Assembly (NCBI GenBank): GCA_030606485.1
Contig: JAUWGH010000001.1
Coordinates: 360,001 to 392,000 of the forward strand
Length of the DNA stretch: 32,000 bases
Direction of reading: 5' to 3'
Origin: Promethearchaeota archaeon
GTDB lineage: Archaea > Asgardarchaeota > Lokiarchaeia > Sigyniarchaeales > SOKP01
Below the pieces are notes generated by a model. That model worked only from the letters and a program-made list of their open reading frames with translations, did not search any database and was not told the DNA's origin. The translations under genes were made by a program, and so were the position numbers. Shown piece by piece: positions 1 to 9,919 of this stretch (positions are counted from its first letter, which is position 1; every line of letters starts with the position of its first letter).

Positions 1-30
1 AAAAATAAGCTTAATCAAGCATTTTATTTT

Positions 31-1611
31 TTATCCTTTTCTCTTTGCTTCAGTTAAAGCTTTTTCTGCTAATTTTGTAGCTTTATTTGCCTTTTCTTTT
101 TGTTTTTTAAATTTATCTTTCCATATTTTTACTTCAGAATCTAATTCTTTTATTTTTTTTGTTAAAAGTGCTATTTCTTTAGCCGATTTTTGTATATCTT
201 TTCCAGCAAAATATTTTTGAAAGAGAGATTCCGCTTCTACCAATTCACCTTCTGATTTGGCTTCTAATATTTTAAGTCTCTTCTTCTTTAAATCTTCAAT
301 AGTTTCTTTAGAAAGAAAATCGAGAGGATTAAATCCTATGCCTCCATGTTCTGTTTTTCGTTTTCTAATTTTTAGAAATAAAGGTGCGATCTTAACGGCA
401 TCACCACAAATTATACATTCACCTGGGTCTAATCTTTGAATTTCTTCTTTATATTCTGGACCTAAATCTTCAGCACTTGAAATAGTTATATCAACATCTC
501 TTATATCAGTTAATTGATGTATTATCCATGTTCCTGCCTGACCTCTTATCGTAACATCTAATAGTTGGGGTTTTTGAGTAGATATAACGAGATTTGCACC
601 AAATTTTCTTCCTTCTTGAGAAAATAGTTTTACAGTTTCTGATATGTCTGTTTTCTTTTTACCTGCAAAAAGATGAGCCTCATCTATGAAAAGATAAAAG
701 GGTTGAATTTGTTTGGAGGTGCTCGCATTATATAATTTCATAAGAATATTATTGGCAATAACCTCTTGAAGTTCCAACGGTAAACCTCTAAAATTTATAA
801 TTGTACATAAATTTGAAGCTACTAAATCAGTTGCATCTAAAGAAAAAATATATTTTATGTCCACATCCGCTCCCTCATTCAAATTTAAATCAGCAAATTC
901 TATTATTTTTTCAACAAATTCACTAGGAGATATTTTATCCTTTTCTAATTCCTCAATTGGAATTTCCGCTTCGGAATCTGAAGGAATACTTGGTAATTTT
1001 TCAATTGGTTCTGAAGATTTACTTATATCCCAATATTCAAGTTCTGGCTCTTCATTAGGAATTTCTTCATCAGTTTCTGAAATTTCTCTAGAAATTTTTA
1101 AACTAGAATATTCACCATGTCGATCAAAAATGACTATAGGAATTCCTTTTTCTAGGAATTCCTCAATTAACACTCCCATCGTATACGATTTACCCGAACC
1201 AGATTTACCCGTAATAAAAATTCTACCAAAATTCTTTACTAATAAACGCACATCATATTTAGAATAACCAAGTAGAGTCCCAAAATGTATTGAATCTTCT
1301 TCGGGATTATCAATCCCAAAAGTTTCTATAATTTGCTCCCTTTTAGCAAGATAAACTTCACTTCCGATCTTAAATGGTCTTTTCGGCATATGACCAAGAA
1401 CTTTTATTGTTGCCATTAATCCTTGTTTATCATTCCAGATATCACTTATCTTAAATAAATAATAATCTTTCTCTTCATTACTATCAGAATCAGTATAAAT
1501 CACTAAATGATCGTTTCGCCCTAGATTTTTATCCACAATTAAAAAATTAACCGTGTGTGTTGTTGTTTTACCGATTAACTTTCCAGCAATTATATCTTCT
1601 TGTTTAGACAT
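31..1611 (-). CDS. HerA-like/DUF87 P-loop ATPase with N-terminal beta-barrel, acidic insert and C-terminal coiled coil
   Basis: Walker A GKSGSGKS, IFDRHGEY motif, Walker B LFIDEAH, Arg-finger EGRKFG and STQKPQ motif; K/E-rich coiled-coil tail. Confidence 0.85.
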   Translation of the reverse strand: MSKQEDIIAGKLIGKTTTHTVNFLIVDKNLGRNDHLVIYTDSDSNEEKDYYLFKISDIWNDKQGLMATIKVLGHMPKRPFKIGSEVYLAKREQIIETFGIDNPEEDSIHFGTLLGYSKYDVRLLVKNFGRIFITGKSGSGKSYTMGVLIEEFLEKGIPIVIFDRHGEYSSLKISREISETDEEIPNEEPELEYWDISKSSEPIEKLPSIPSDSEAEIPIEELEKDKISPSEFVEKIIEFADLNLNEGADVDIKYIFSLDATDLVASNLCTIINFRGLPLELQEVIANNILMKLYNASTSKQIQPFYLFIDEAHLFAGKKKTDISETVKLFSQEGRKFGANLVISTQKPQLLDVTIRGQAGTWIIHQLTDIRDVDITISSAEDLGPEYKEEIQRLDPGECIICGDAVKIAPLFLKIRKRKTEHGGIGFNPLDFLSKETIEDLKKKRLKILEAKSEGELVEAESLFQKYFAGKDIQKSAKEIALLTKKIKELDSEVKIWKDKFKKQKEKANKATKLAEKALTEAKRKG

Positions 1612-1744
1612 TGAAATCTCTTACAAAAATAATGAATACTAAATATTTAATAAAAAATTACACATAAATTTTTAACTATTTATTATAATTCTTATGATAA
1701 TTGTTTATTAAAACCATCTTTTAACGAGAAAAGTAATAATAATA

Positions 1745-3082
1745 TCATTCTATTCTTTCATTTTTTTTTTTTGGCTTAAATTCATCAGGTACATATGGCT
1801 GGGCATATTTATTAACAATTTTAAAAAAATCTTTATCAGAGACTCCCTTCGCTATCTTATCTAACTCTTTCTTTATTATTTGAAAACTTTTTTGCACATC
1901 TTCCTTACTCGATTCTTCATGGGCTGCTTTTACTGCAGCTACAATCTTTTTAATAATCTCATCAGGAATATTTAAATCAAGTACTTTTATCTTCTCTTTA
2001 ATTGCATTAATAATTGAATGAGACCCACTTCCCTTTCCAAGATAAAATTTTCGTCGTCTTCCAATTATTTTTGGATTTATCGGTTCATAACTTAAAGGAT
2101 GTGCTAATATTCCTGCGATGTGAAGTCCGCTTTCATGACTAAAGGCATAACGTCCAACAATTGCTTTATTTAAAGCTAGAGGTTGGCTAAAATATTTCTC
2201 CGTTATTTCACTTAACTCCATTAATTTGTCCATTTTTATACCAGTATCAATTCCATTCCTTTCCAATATTAAAACAACCTCTTCAAGAGCTGCATTTCCT
2301 GCTCTTTCACCATAACCGTTTACACATGTATGAGGATAGACACAACCCTCAAATACGCCTACGATGGTATTACATGTGGCTAATCCAAAGTCATCATGAC
2401 AGTGTATTCCAATATCTGCTTTTTTTTTATTTTTTCTTAATACATTTTCCATAATTTGGTTGACAAGGAATTTTGTTGAATATGGAGTTAATACGCCAAC
2501 AGTGTCGCCTATTATAATGCGATCCGCACCAGTATCTATTGCTGTGTTGAACACATTAAAAATATGATCTAATTTTGCTCTTGTACAATCTTCAGACACC
2601 CAATTTACCTTTAAACCGTGATCTTTAGCACAAATTATCGCTTCTTCGATTATTGACAATTCTTTCTCTTCATCTAATTTTAGAAGTTTCATAAAAAAAT
2701 CGGAAATTGGCATAAAAATTACAATTTCTTTTGCATCACAATCGATACAAGCATCAATATCTTCTTTTTTCGGTCTTGCAATAGCTAATATTGACGCATT
2801 ATCATGTTTCTCTTTCATTAATGCCCTAACAATATCTTTTTCCGATTTGGAAACAGCCGGAAAACCAACAGCTATCAATTTTACTCCAGCTTCATCAAGA
2901 AGTTTTGAAAGATGGATTTTTTCATCCAATGTAAGGAAGACTGCAGGAGATTGCTCACCATCACGTAAAGTTTCATCCCAAATGTATACTTTTGATGGTT
3001 TATATGTGGGCAGCACATCTTTTAGGGAATTATAATCAAAAAGTAATTTTGATAATTCCTCTTTTGTGAATTTATAGCTCAT
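1745..3082 (-). CDS. Homocitrate synthase / isopropylmalate synthase family (DRE-TIM), no C-terminal allosteric domain
   Basis: DETLRDGEQ, HCHDDFG, GYGERAGNA and HESGLH motifs. MPISD resembles NifV-type PVSD, and the LeuA regulatory domain is missing; substrate not resolved. Confidence 0.85.
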   Translation of the reverse strand: MSYKFTKEELSKLLFDYNSLKDVLPTYKPSKVYIWDETLRDGEQSPAVFLTLDEKIHLSKLLDEAGVKLIAVGFPAVSKSEKDIVRALMKEKHDNASILAIARPKKEDIDACIDCDAKEIVIFMPISDFFMKLLKLDEEKELSIIEEAIICAKDHGLKVNWVSEDCTRAKLDHIFNVFNTAIDTGADRIIIGDTVGVLTPYSTKFLVNQIMENVLRKNKKKADIGIHCHDDFGLATCNTIVGVFEGCVYPHTCVNGYGERAGNAALEEVVLILERNGIDTGIKMDKLMELSEITEKYFSQPLALNKAIVGRYAFSHESGLHIAGILAHPLSYEPINPKIIGRRRKFYLGKGSGSHSIINAIKEKIKVLDLNIPDEIIKKIVAAVKAAHEESSKEDVQKSFQIIKKELDKIAKGVSDKDFFKIVNKYAQPYVPDEFKPKKKNERIE

Positions 3083-3208
3083 TTTAATTTATAGATGATT
3101 TCTAACTGTTAAAATAGAAAATATTTTATTATTTTTATCTTTTATAAAACAAGCTGTAATTAAAATAAAAGAAATAGACATAAAAATTGAATTGGATATT
3201 GAGTAATC

Positions 3209-3640
3209 CTAAAGAAATTTACTTTTTATCTCTTGTGTGATAAAACATGTTTCTTTAATAGATATTCCATCAATTTGTGAGATTTTTGTTTCGATTAATG
3301 GATTAAATTTCTCTATAGAATCAATTTCAACTTTTAAAAAGATACCACAATCTCCACTTAGGCGCCAGATATCAGTAACCTCGTCAATTTTCGAGAGTGC
3401 TGCACAAATTTCTTTTATCCTCTTAAAATCTGGCTCAATTTTTACAGTTGCCTTTATTTTGGGTTTACTATCTGCTTCATATACAATTGTAAACCTTTTT
3501 ATTACTCCAGCCTCTTTCAATTGATTAACTCTTCTTCGAACAGTTGCCTCAGTTCTACCAACACTTTCCGCAATTTCATTAAATGACTTTCTAGAATTAT
3601 CTTTTAATTCTTCTAAAATTCTTATATCAATTGGGTCCAT
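3209..3640 (-). CDS. Lrp/AsnC family transcriptional regulator
   Basis: HTH MDPIDIRILEELKDNSRKSFNEIAESVG...VRRRVNQLKEAGVIKRF plus a RAM domain. Start moved from the ORF-track 3715 to ATG 3640 (3658 also possible). Confidence 0.9.
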   Translation of the reverse strand: MDPIDIRILEELKDNSRKSFNEIAESVGRTEATVRRRVNQLKEAGVIKRFTIVYEADSKPKIKATVKIEPDFKRIKEICAALSKIDEVTDIWRLSGDCGIFLKVEIDSIEKFNPLIETKISQIDGISIKETCFITQEIKSKFL

Positions 3641-3854
3641 TTTTTTAACAACTTCCATTTTTATTATGTTATTTTTTGATAACCTATCTAATACTATGGA
3701 AAATAAAATTAACATTCTATATAAAAATTTTCAGTTACATAAATGAAAAAATAAAATTTTAAAAATAATGTATATCAAATAAGTAAAAATTGTGAAATTA
3801 AATAGTTAGAATATATTTTTTTATTAATTCAATAATAAATATTGTTATCTTTTT

Positions 3855-5039
3855 TTATATATTTCTTTTTTTTGATATTTGAGCTTTATATCCAGAATCC
3901 ATGAACATTTTAAGTGGATTTTTTGGTATATTTTTATCCTCTCTGTATTTTATTAATATTGAACTGACATCTGTAAAAAAAGCTTCTTTTAAACATGATT
4001 CTGCTCTGATAATATCTTGATTTTCCTGGGCTTCTTCTAAATATTTATTATCAATTGTAAGAGCTTTTGTATATATCTCTTGTGTAGAAATTACTGATTG
4101 AATCATTGCTTCGATCTTTGGTTTAATATTATGACTTTGATCCAACATAAATGCGGTCTTTCTGTAATCATCAGCATTCCCTTTAATTAATTCCTGAAAG
4201 ATTAGAAATAATTCATATATATTCAATGAACCTGTTGTTAAATCGTCATCACCATATTTTCTACAATTTAAATGAAATCCTCCTAATATATCTTCATCTA
4301 TTAGATTTGCAACAATGAATTCAATATTTGTTCCTTGAGGATGGTGTCCCAAATCCACTAAAACCTTTGCTCTTTCTCCTAGATTCTTACAAAATATATA
4401 GGATTGTCCCCAATCTGGTAAATCCGTGTGATAAAATGCAGGTTCAAAAAATTTATATTCTAATAACATGCTCATAAAATCAGGCATTGCTGAATAAACC
4501 TCTCGAAGTGATTGTAACATCCACTTTTTTCTTTTTATAAAATCTCCCTGACCGGGAAAATTTGTTCCATCGGCGAACCAAAGACTTAGATAAGGAATCC
4601 TTAAAATTCGACCAATATCAATACATTCCATAATATGACCAATTGCCTTCTCTCTAATCTCTATTTTAGAATTGGTTATGCTTCCAAATTTATATTCTTC
4701 TTCTTGAAATAAGTTTGGGTTTATAGCAGTTATTTTTAGACCTAAATTTTGAGAATAATCGGCAATCTCATTGAATGTATCAACTTTATCCCATGGTATA
4801 TGAATTGCAACCTCTGGTGCAATCCCTGTAAATTTATTCACCTGTGCTGCATCTTCCAACCTCTCCATTAAATCTCTTGCTGCAATTTTATCCCGAAATA
4901 CATGAAATCTGGTTCCACCTTCTGAATAACCCCAAGAAGGCGTTGCAATCTTGAAATTTTCTAGTTTTTGAAAAATTGTTTCAATTTTAATATTTCTTTC
5001 CTCTAATTTTTTTGTTAAAATATCTAACTCATCAACCAT
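3855..5039 (-). CDS. rhaI: L-rhamnose isomerase (RhaI type, xylose-isomerase-like TIM barrel)
   Basis: TPSWG, GGTRF, HIPWD, NPNLF, WFADGTN, EYKFFEP, DLGHH, GGFHLN, DDDL and DQSHN motifs characteristic of RhaI. Confidence 0.85.
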   Translation of the reverse strand: MVDELDILTKKLEERNIKIETIFQKLENFKIATPSWGYSEGGTRFHVFRDKIAARDLMERLEDAAQVNKFTGIAPEVAIHIPWDKVDTFNEIADYSQNLGLKITAINPNLFQEEEYKFGSITNSKIEIREKAIGHIMECIDIGRILRIPYLSLWFADGTNFPGQGDFIKRKKWMLQSLREVYSAMPDFMSMLLEYKFFEPAFYHTDLPDWGQSYIFCKNLGERAKVLVDLGHHPQGTNIEFIVANLIDEDILGGFHLNCRKYGDDDLTTGSLNIYELFLIFQELIKGNADDYRKTAFMLDQSHNIKPKIEAMIQSVISTQEIYTKALTIDNKYLEEAQENQDIIRAESCLKEAFFTDVSSILIKYREDKNIPKNPLKMFMDSGYKAQISKKRNI

Positions 5040-5318
5040 ATCTCATTACATCTTTTAATTTCTCTAAATGAAATTTATTTTATGACCTTTTAAATCTAAT
5101 TCCTTTATGATTAAAGCAATAAATCGCTCTCTCGTTATAATTCCATAATATATCTCAATATTAAATCTATCAACAATACTGAGTTATTACAATTACTCTT
5201 AAATAATAAAGTGATGAACTTTTAATAATACAGAAAAACTATTAATATCTGATTAATTTATTTTTGAATTAATCTTAACAAAAAATTAGCATTACCTTTA
5301 AAAAAAAGGCTGTAAAAA

Positions 5319-6122
5319 ATGGAGCAAGAAGAAAGAGGAATTCCAGAAAATGTCAAAGTAAGTCTAAAGAGAATTGGTTTGACGGATTATGAGATCTCCA
5401 TCTATTTAGCACTTGTTTCAGAGGGAGCTATGGATGCACGCAAACTTTCTGATGTATCTGGCGTTCCATATTCCCGAATTTATAATATTTTAAGTATTTT
5501 GGAAAAAGAAAAATCTTTTATTATAAAAGAAGAAGAATCTAGGCCCTCAAAATATCATGCAAAATCACCTGATGAAGCCTTATTAATTGCCAAACAGGAA
5601 ATGTTAAAAGATTATGAAGAAGATTCTAATCTTGTTATTAGAGAGTTAAATCCAATATATCAAAGCCAAAAAAGTCCAATTAAAATAGCACTTTATATAC
5701 ATAGAGGTAAGGAAACTTGTTTAAATACTGTTTTAAGTCTATTTAAGCTAGCAAAAAAATCGATATCTTTTGCTTCTCCAGACTTGGAATTTTTAGTAGA
5801 TTGTTATGAAGCAATAAAGAAGGCTCGCGCAAGGGGTGTTATTGAAATCAAACTATTAGTTGAAGAAAAATCAATTAAAGATAGTTCTTATAAAGAGATT
5901 TTAACAAAATACACTGAAATTGCAGAAGTTAGAGCAAGAGATCAAATATTTGGAAATGGCATTGTTATTGACGGTGGAAAACACGCATTCTTAATCTTTT
6001 CTCAGCAATTCTTTGAAAAGATTTCATATTTTGGAATAGTAACAGACCACCTCGCCTTTGGCCCTGCGGCTACATATTATTATACCTACTTATATAATAC
6101 GGCTAAAAAAATAAATCTCTAA
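5319..6122 (+). CDS. TrmB family (sugar-responsive) transcriptional regulator
   Basis: N-terminal wHTH (IGLTDYE...SGVPYSRIYNILSILE), PDEAL linker and PLD-like C-terminal effector domain; divergent from rhaI. Confidence 0.85.
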   Translation: MEQEERGIPENVKVSLKRIGLTDYEISIYLALVSEGAMDARKLSDVSGVPYSRIYNILSILEKEKSFIIKEEESRPSKYHAKSPDEALLIAKQEMLKDYEEDSNLVIRELNPIYQSQKSPIKIALYIHRGKETCLNTVLSLFKLAKKSISFASPDLEFLVDCYEAIKKARARGVIEIKLLVEEKSIKDSSYKEILTKYTEIAEVRARDQIFGNGIVIDGGKHAFLIFSQQFFEKISYFGIVTDHLAFGPAATYYYTYLYNTAKKINL

Positions 6123-6151
6123 TTTCTATTTCATAATAATAATGATATCAT

Positions 6152-6967
6152 ATGGCACGCCCGTTATGGTTTGTAAAAATTCTAAAAAAGACATTTCCTC
6201 ATATAATTATTATTGCTAAGTTGACAAGGTTTCCAATCATAGGAAAATTAATCGAGAAGATACTCTTTGAGGGCGATGATATAATCTTTTTGCCCAAGGA
6301 TAAAGTAATACAAATTAATGAAAGCTTGAAACCTCAAGATGAAATAATATTACCATCTAAAATAGTTGAATATTTCATTGAAAAAGCAAATTATCATTGG
6401 GTCATGAATTTCTGTATATGTCGAGATTCCATGAAATGTAAAGATTATCCTATTAATCTAGGTTGTCTCTTTCTTGGAGAAGCTGTAATGGGCATCAATC
6501 CACAATTAGGACGTCGTGTTACAAAAGAGGAAGCATTAGAACATGTGAAACGCTGTCGAGAAGCCGGTCTTGTTCATTTAATAGGCAGAAATAAGTTGGA
6601 TTCGTCTTGGCTTAATGTTAACCCAGGAAATAAGCTTTTAAGTATCTGTAATTGTTGCCCATGCTGTTGTCTTTATAGAATATTACCTCATGTGACATCA
6701 GAAATTGGAGAAAAATTTACAAGAATGCCTGGTGTCTCCATTAAGGTAACTGAGAAATGTATAGGTTGCGGAACATGCACTAAAAATATATGTTTTGTTA
6801 ATGCAATCAAATTGATTAATAAACATGCCACTATTAGTAATGAATGCAGAGGATGTGGAAGATGTGTTCTAATTTGTCCTCAAAATGCGATTGAATTAAA
6901 AATAGAAGATAGTACATTTTTAGATACTACAATCAGTAGAATAACAAAATTGGTTGATGTGTCATAA
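6152..6967 (+). CDS. 4Fe-4S dicluster protein with extra Cys-rich motifs
   Basis: CIGCGTC...C and CRGCGRCVLICP ferredoxin motifs, plus CICR and ICNCCPCCC. Function unknown. Confidence 0.75.
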   Translation: MARPLWFVKILKKTFPHIIIIAKLTRFPIIGKLIEKILFEGDDIIFLPKDKVIQINESLKPQDEIILPSKIVEYFIEKANYHWVMNFCICRDSMKCKDYPINLGCLFLGEAVMGINPQLGRRVTKEEALEHVKRCREAGLVHLIGRNKLDSSWLNVNPGNKLLSICNCCPCCCLYRILPHVTSEIGEKFTRMPGVSIKVTEKCIGCGTCTKNICFVNAIKLINKHATISNECRGCGRCVLICPQNAIELKIEDSTFLDTTISRITKLVDVS

Positions 6968-6990
6968 TCTTTTCCGTTTTATATCTCATT

Positions 6991-8040
6991 TTAAGATTTT
7001 AATTCATTAAGCGAGACTATAGCCTTACTCATATCATAAAAGGTTTTATCAATATTTAACCCCGTTAAAGCAGATGTCTCTACATAATCCATATTCAAAT
7101 CATTTGCGAGTTTATGTATCTCATCTATACCTACTCTTCTCTCAACACGTAAATCTCTTTTGTTTCCTAATAAAAAACCTACAAAATCATCCTTTAATTT
7201 TAATTTAATATCTTTATGCCAATTAAATATATTCAGAAAAGATTCGTGACTTGTTAAATCAAACATCAAAAATACACCTTCAGCTCCAGTATAGAAATGT
7301 TTTCTCATAGATTGGAATTTTTGTTGCCCAGCAATATCCCAAATCATAAAAGCAATTTCCATGTTAAATTTTTTTAATTGAACTTTTTTCTCGCTTATAT
7401 TTACCCCAATTGTTGGAAGATAAGTTCTTTTAAACGCTTTATCCGTGAATCTCAAAACAGCTGAGGTCTTTCCAACCTCTGGATCGCCGCAAATAATTAA
7501 CTTAAATTTAAAACCTCTAAATTTAGATATATCTTCTTTAGTTTCAGGAAATTCCTCTCCATGGAAAGTGGAAATTTCCTCATCTCGCAGTTCTTTTATT
7601 AAATTCAATAAATCAATTTTAAAAATCTTTATTTCTCCTGCAATCAATTTTATATCGGCTCTTGATTTTTCTAATTGAGTTATTTTTTTAGTAATTTTCT
7701 TAAAAACTGATTCAAAATTTCTATGATACTTGTAAAAAATAACATCCTCAATATCATTGAAAAGTAAATTAATCGCAGTGATTCGAAATCCTCCCGGATA
7801 ACTTTTATCTTTAATATGTAAATATTTTACAATACTTTTTAGGTTAAAGGATGGGAATGGAATGATAATTAACGATTTGGGAATAAATCCTCTTTCTCCT
7901 CTTAATAGAGAAATTGATTTATTATTAACTAATCTTTTTATATCTTCAGATAAATCATCAGGTTCCCATAACAGTGTTGTTGGACCTTCGGTTTCTTGGA
8001 ATTGCGAATAAATAATTCCTTCAATAGGGCTTTTTTCCAT
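6991..8040 (-). CDS. Rab-like small GTPase fused to an N-terminal longin/uDENN-like domain
   Basis: G1 GDPEVGKTS, G2 PTIGV, G3 WDIAGQ, G4 NKRD, G5 ETSA. The ~160-aa N-terminal domain starts with a beta strand followed by SQF...GP. No C-terminal prenylation cysteines. Alternative TTG start at 8049. Confidence 0.85.
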   Translation of the reverse strand: MEKSPIEGIIYSQFQETEGPTTLLWEPDDLSEDIKRLVNNKSISLLRGERGFIPKSLIIIPFPSFNLKSIVKYLHIKDKSYPGGFRITAINLLFNDIEDVIFYKYHRNFESVFKKITKKITQLEKSRADIKLIAGEIKIFKIDLLNLIKELRDEEISTFHGEEFPETKEDISKFRGFKFKLIICGDPEVGKTSAVLRFTDKAFKRTYLPTIGVNISEKKVQLKKFNMEIAFMIWDIAGQQKFQSMRKHFYTGAEGVFLMFDLTSHESFLNIFNWHKDIKLKLKDDFVGFLLGNKRDLRVERRVGIDEIHKLANDLNMDYVETSALTGLNIDKTFYDMSKAIVSLNELKS

Positions 8041-8264
8041 CCTTATCAAAAATATCGATTATTTAATATCTCTCTTTATTCGAATTAATTTTGTCTTAAT
8101 CGGCTTTAATCTATTAATAACTCATCTAGTATAAATACTTAAACAATAAAAAGTCCAAGAGATAAAAATTATCTTTAAATAAAGTTAAACCCAACAGTCT
8201 TTTGTTCAATAAAAAAAAACCTCAATATCTTAGTTTTATTTAAATAATATTGAGATTTTTTTCA

Positions 8265-9371
8265 TTAATAATGCTTAATCTCTGATTTAGATAAACACTC
8301 AAAACCATTTTCTTTAACAACTATTAAATCCTCTGTACGAGCACCACCTTTTCCAGGGATGTAAATTCCTGGTTCGACTGTTACTACCATATTTTTTTTT
8401 AAAACGAATTTTGAGGTTGCGTTTAAATAAGGCTCTTCATGAATATCAATACCTACTCCATGTCCCAATCCATGAATGAAATACTCTGCAACCCCATCCT
8501 CCTTAAATGAATCACGTGCAATGCGGTCCATTTCTGAACATTTCTCACCTGCCTTAATAACGTCTAAAACAGCTTGTTGTGCCTTATTAACAAAATTAAT
8601 AATTTCCGCTTTCTCATTAGTAATCTTTCCATGAATAAAAGTTCTCGTCATATCAGAGCAATATCCATCATATACTGCTCCAATATCTATAGTAATTATA
8701 TCCCCATCTTTTATCTTACGCGAAGTCGAGGTTCCGTGAGGAAGCCAAGATCTTTCACCTGAAGCAACTATTGTTTCAAATGCTGCCTTACTTGAACCAT
8801 TTTTTCTCATATGATATTCAGCCTCCGCGGCAAGATCCAATTCAGTAATTCCATCTTTAATATATTCAATCGCAGCCTTAAGACCAATATCTCCTAATCT
8901 GGCAGCTTCCTTTATTTTTATGATCTCATCTTCATCTTTACTCATGCGCGCTTCTTGGATTATGTCAGATATTCCTATAAACTTAGCACCTTTAAATTTT
9001 TGTATTAAATCATTATAGTTTTTATATGTTACAAACCCATCTTCAAATCCTAATTTTTTTAACTTTAATTTACCTACTTCATTTTTGATAAAATCCAGAT
9101 ATCCCTTAGGTATCTTTACCAACTCTAACTTCTCTGAAATGTCTAAATCCTTAAGCTTCGAATGAGCCATCTCATAATCTAATTCTGTAACAAAAAATTT
9201 TGGTATGCTAAAATTTTCAAAATCCACATTTGGTATTAGTAAAAGTGAATCGGTTTCAATTTTAAAACCTAATAAGTATAATAAATTCTCTGGTTTCTTT
9301 ATATAAAAGGCATCAACCTTTATTTGGTTAGAAGTAAATTTCTCATTCAATAAAAGTTTATTAATTCTCAT
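8265..9371 (-). CDS. pepQ: Xaa-Pro peptidase (M24B, prolidase/aminopeptidase P)
   Basis: Metal ligands in IDIG, YCSDMTRT, HGLGHGVGIDIHE, TVEPG and RTED; creatinase-like N-terminal domain. Confidence 0.9.
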   Translation of the reverse strand: MRINKLLLNEKFTSNQIKVDAFYIKKPENLLYLLGFKIETDSLLLIPNVDFENFSIPKFFVTELDYEMAHSKLKDLDISEKLELVKIPKGYLDFIKNEVGKLKLKKLGFEDGFVTYKNYNDLIQKFKGAKFIGISDIIQEARMSKDEDEIIKIKEAARLGDIGLKAAIEYIKDGITELDLAAEAEYHMRKNGSSKAAFETIVASGERSWLPHGTSTSRKIKDGDIITIDIGAVYDGYCSDMTRTFIHGKITNEKAEIINFVNKAQQAVLDVIKAGEKCSEMDRIARDSFKEDGVAEYFIHGLGHGVGIDIHEEPYLNATSKFVLKKNMVVTVEPGIYIPGKGGARTEDLIVVKENGFECLSKSEIKHY

Positions 9372-9681
9372 ATTTATTATAAAAGTGAGATATCAAATAA
9401 AAATCTAGAAAAAAGTAGTATTCATATTTTTTATTAATATAATAAATTAGACTTTTCAATTAAGAAGAAAAATTAAATTTGTCGGCGTTATAAGGAAAAG
9501 GGAGTATATTCGGTTTGAAGAAATAATTTAAAAACTATTCTAGAATGAGGGAGATGTAGTTTCTAACAATAGGGTTAAGGGTTGAGGTATAAGAATACAT
9601 TTTTATTTCTCCAGTGTCCGAATATTAAATAAAAAGTTTTTAACTTCTTAAGTTCTATATGAATCCTAATTGTATATAAAG

Positions 9682-9718
9682 TTTTCGTTTGTCCCGAGAA
9701 AAACGGGAAAATCGAAAA
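9682..9718. repeat. Imperfect inverted repeat (13/15 bp, 7-nt spacer) directly after a TATA-like TATATAAA
   Basis: TTTTCGTTTGTCCCG-AGAAAAA-CGGGAAAATCGAAAA in a ~550-bp intergenic gap. Confidence 0.5.
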
Positions 9719-9919
9719 TGTACATATTAATGTAAAAAAAACTTAAATTTGATGCCAATTTTAGAAAAAAATCATTAATTTATTATTAAAATATCACTAA
9801 AGATAATTAAATTAATGTAAATATTTTGCTGATTTTTTTTTAAATTTTTTTTATTTGAAGGATTTTTTTTTAGATATACTCTTTTTTTAGTAATTATTAA
9901 GTTTATATTTTTTTTTGTT

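Noticed and set aside
1761-1772. 12-nt A/T homopolymer in the synthase gene as a phase-variation tract
   Set aside because: It lies in the last few codons (KKK), so slippage would alter only the extreme C-terminus; such runs are common in AT-rich DNA.
5040-5318. TrmB operator (TGM-like TATCAC-N5-GTGATA) between rhaI and trmB
   Set aside because: No convincing palindrome was found by eye.
9570-9590. AGGGTTAAGGGTTGAGG, resembling telomeric repeats
   Set aside because: Only two imperfect units; expected by chance.
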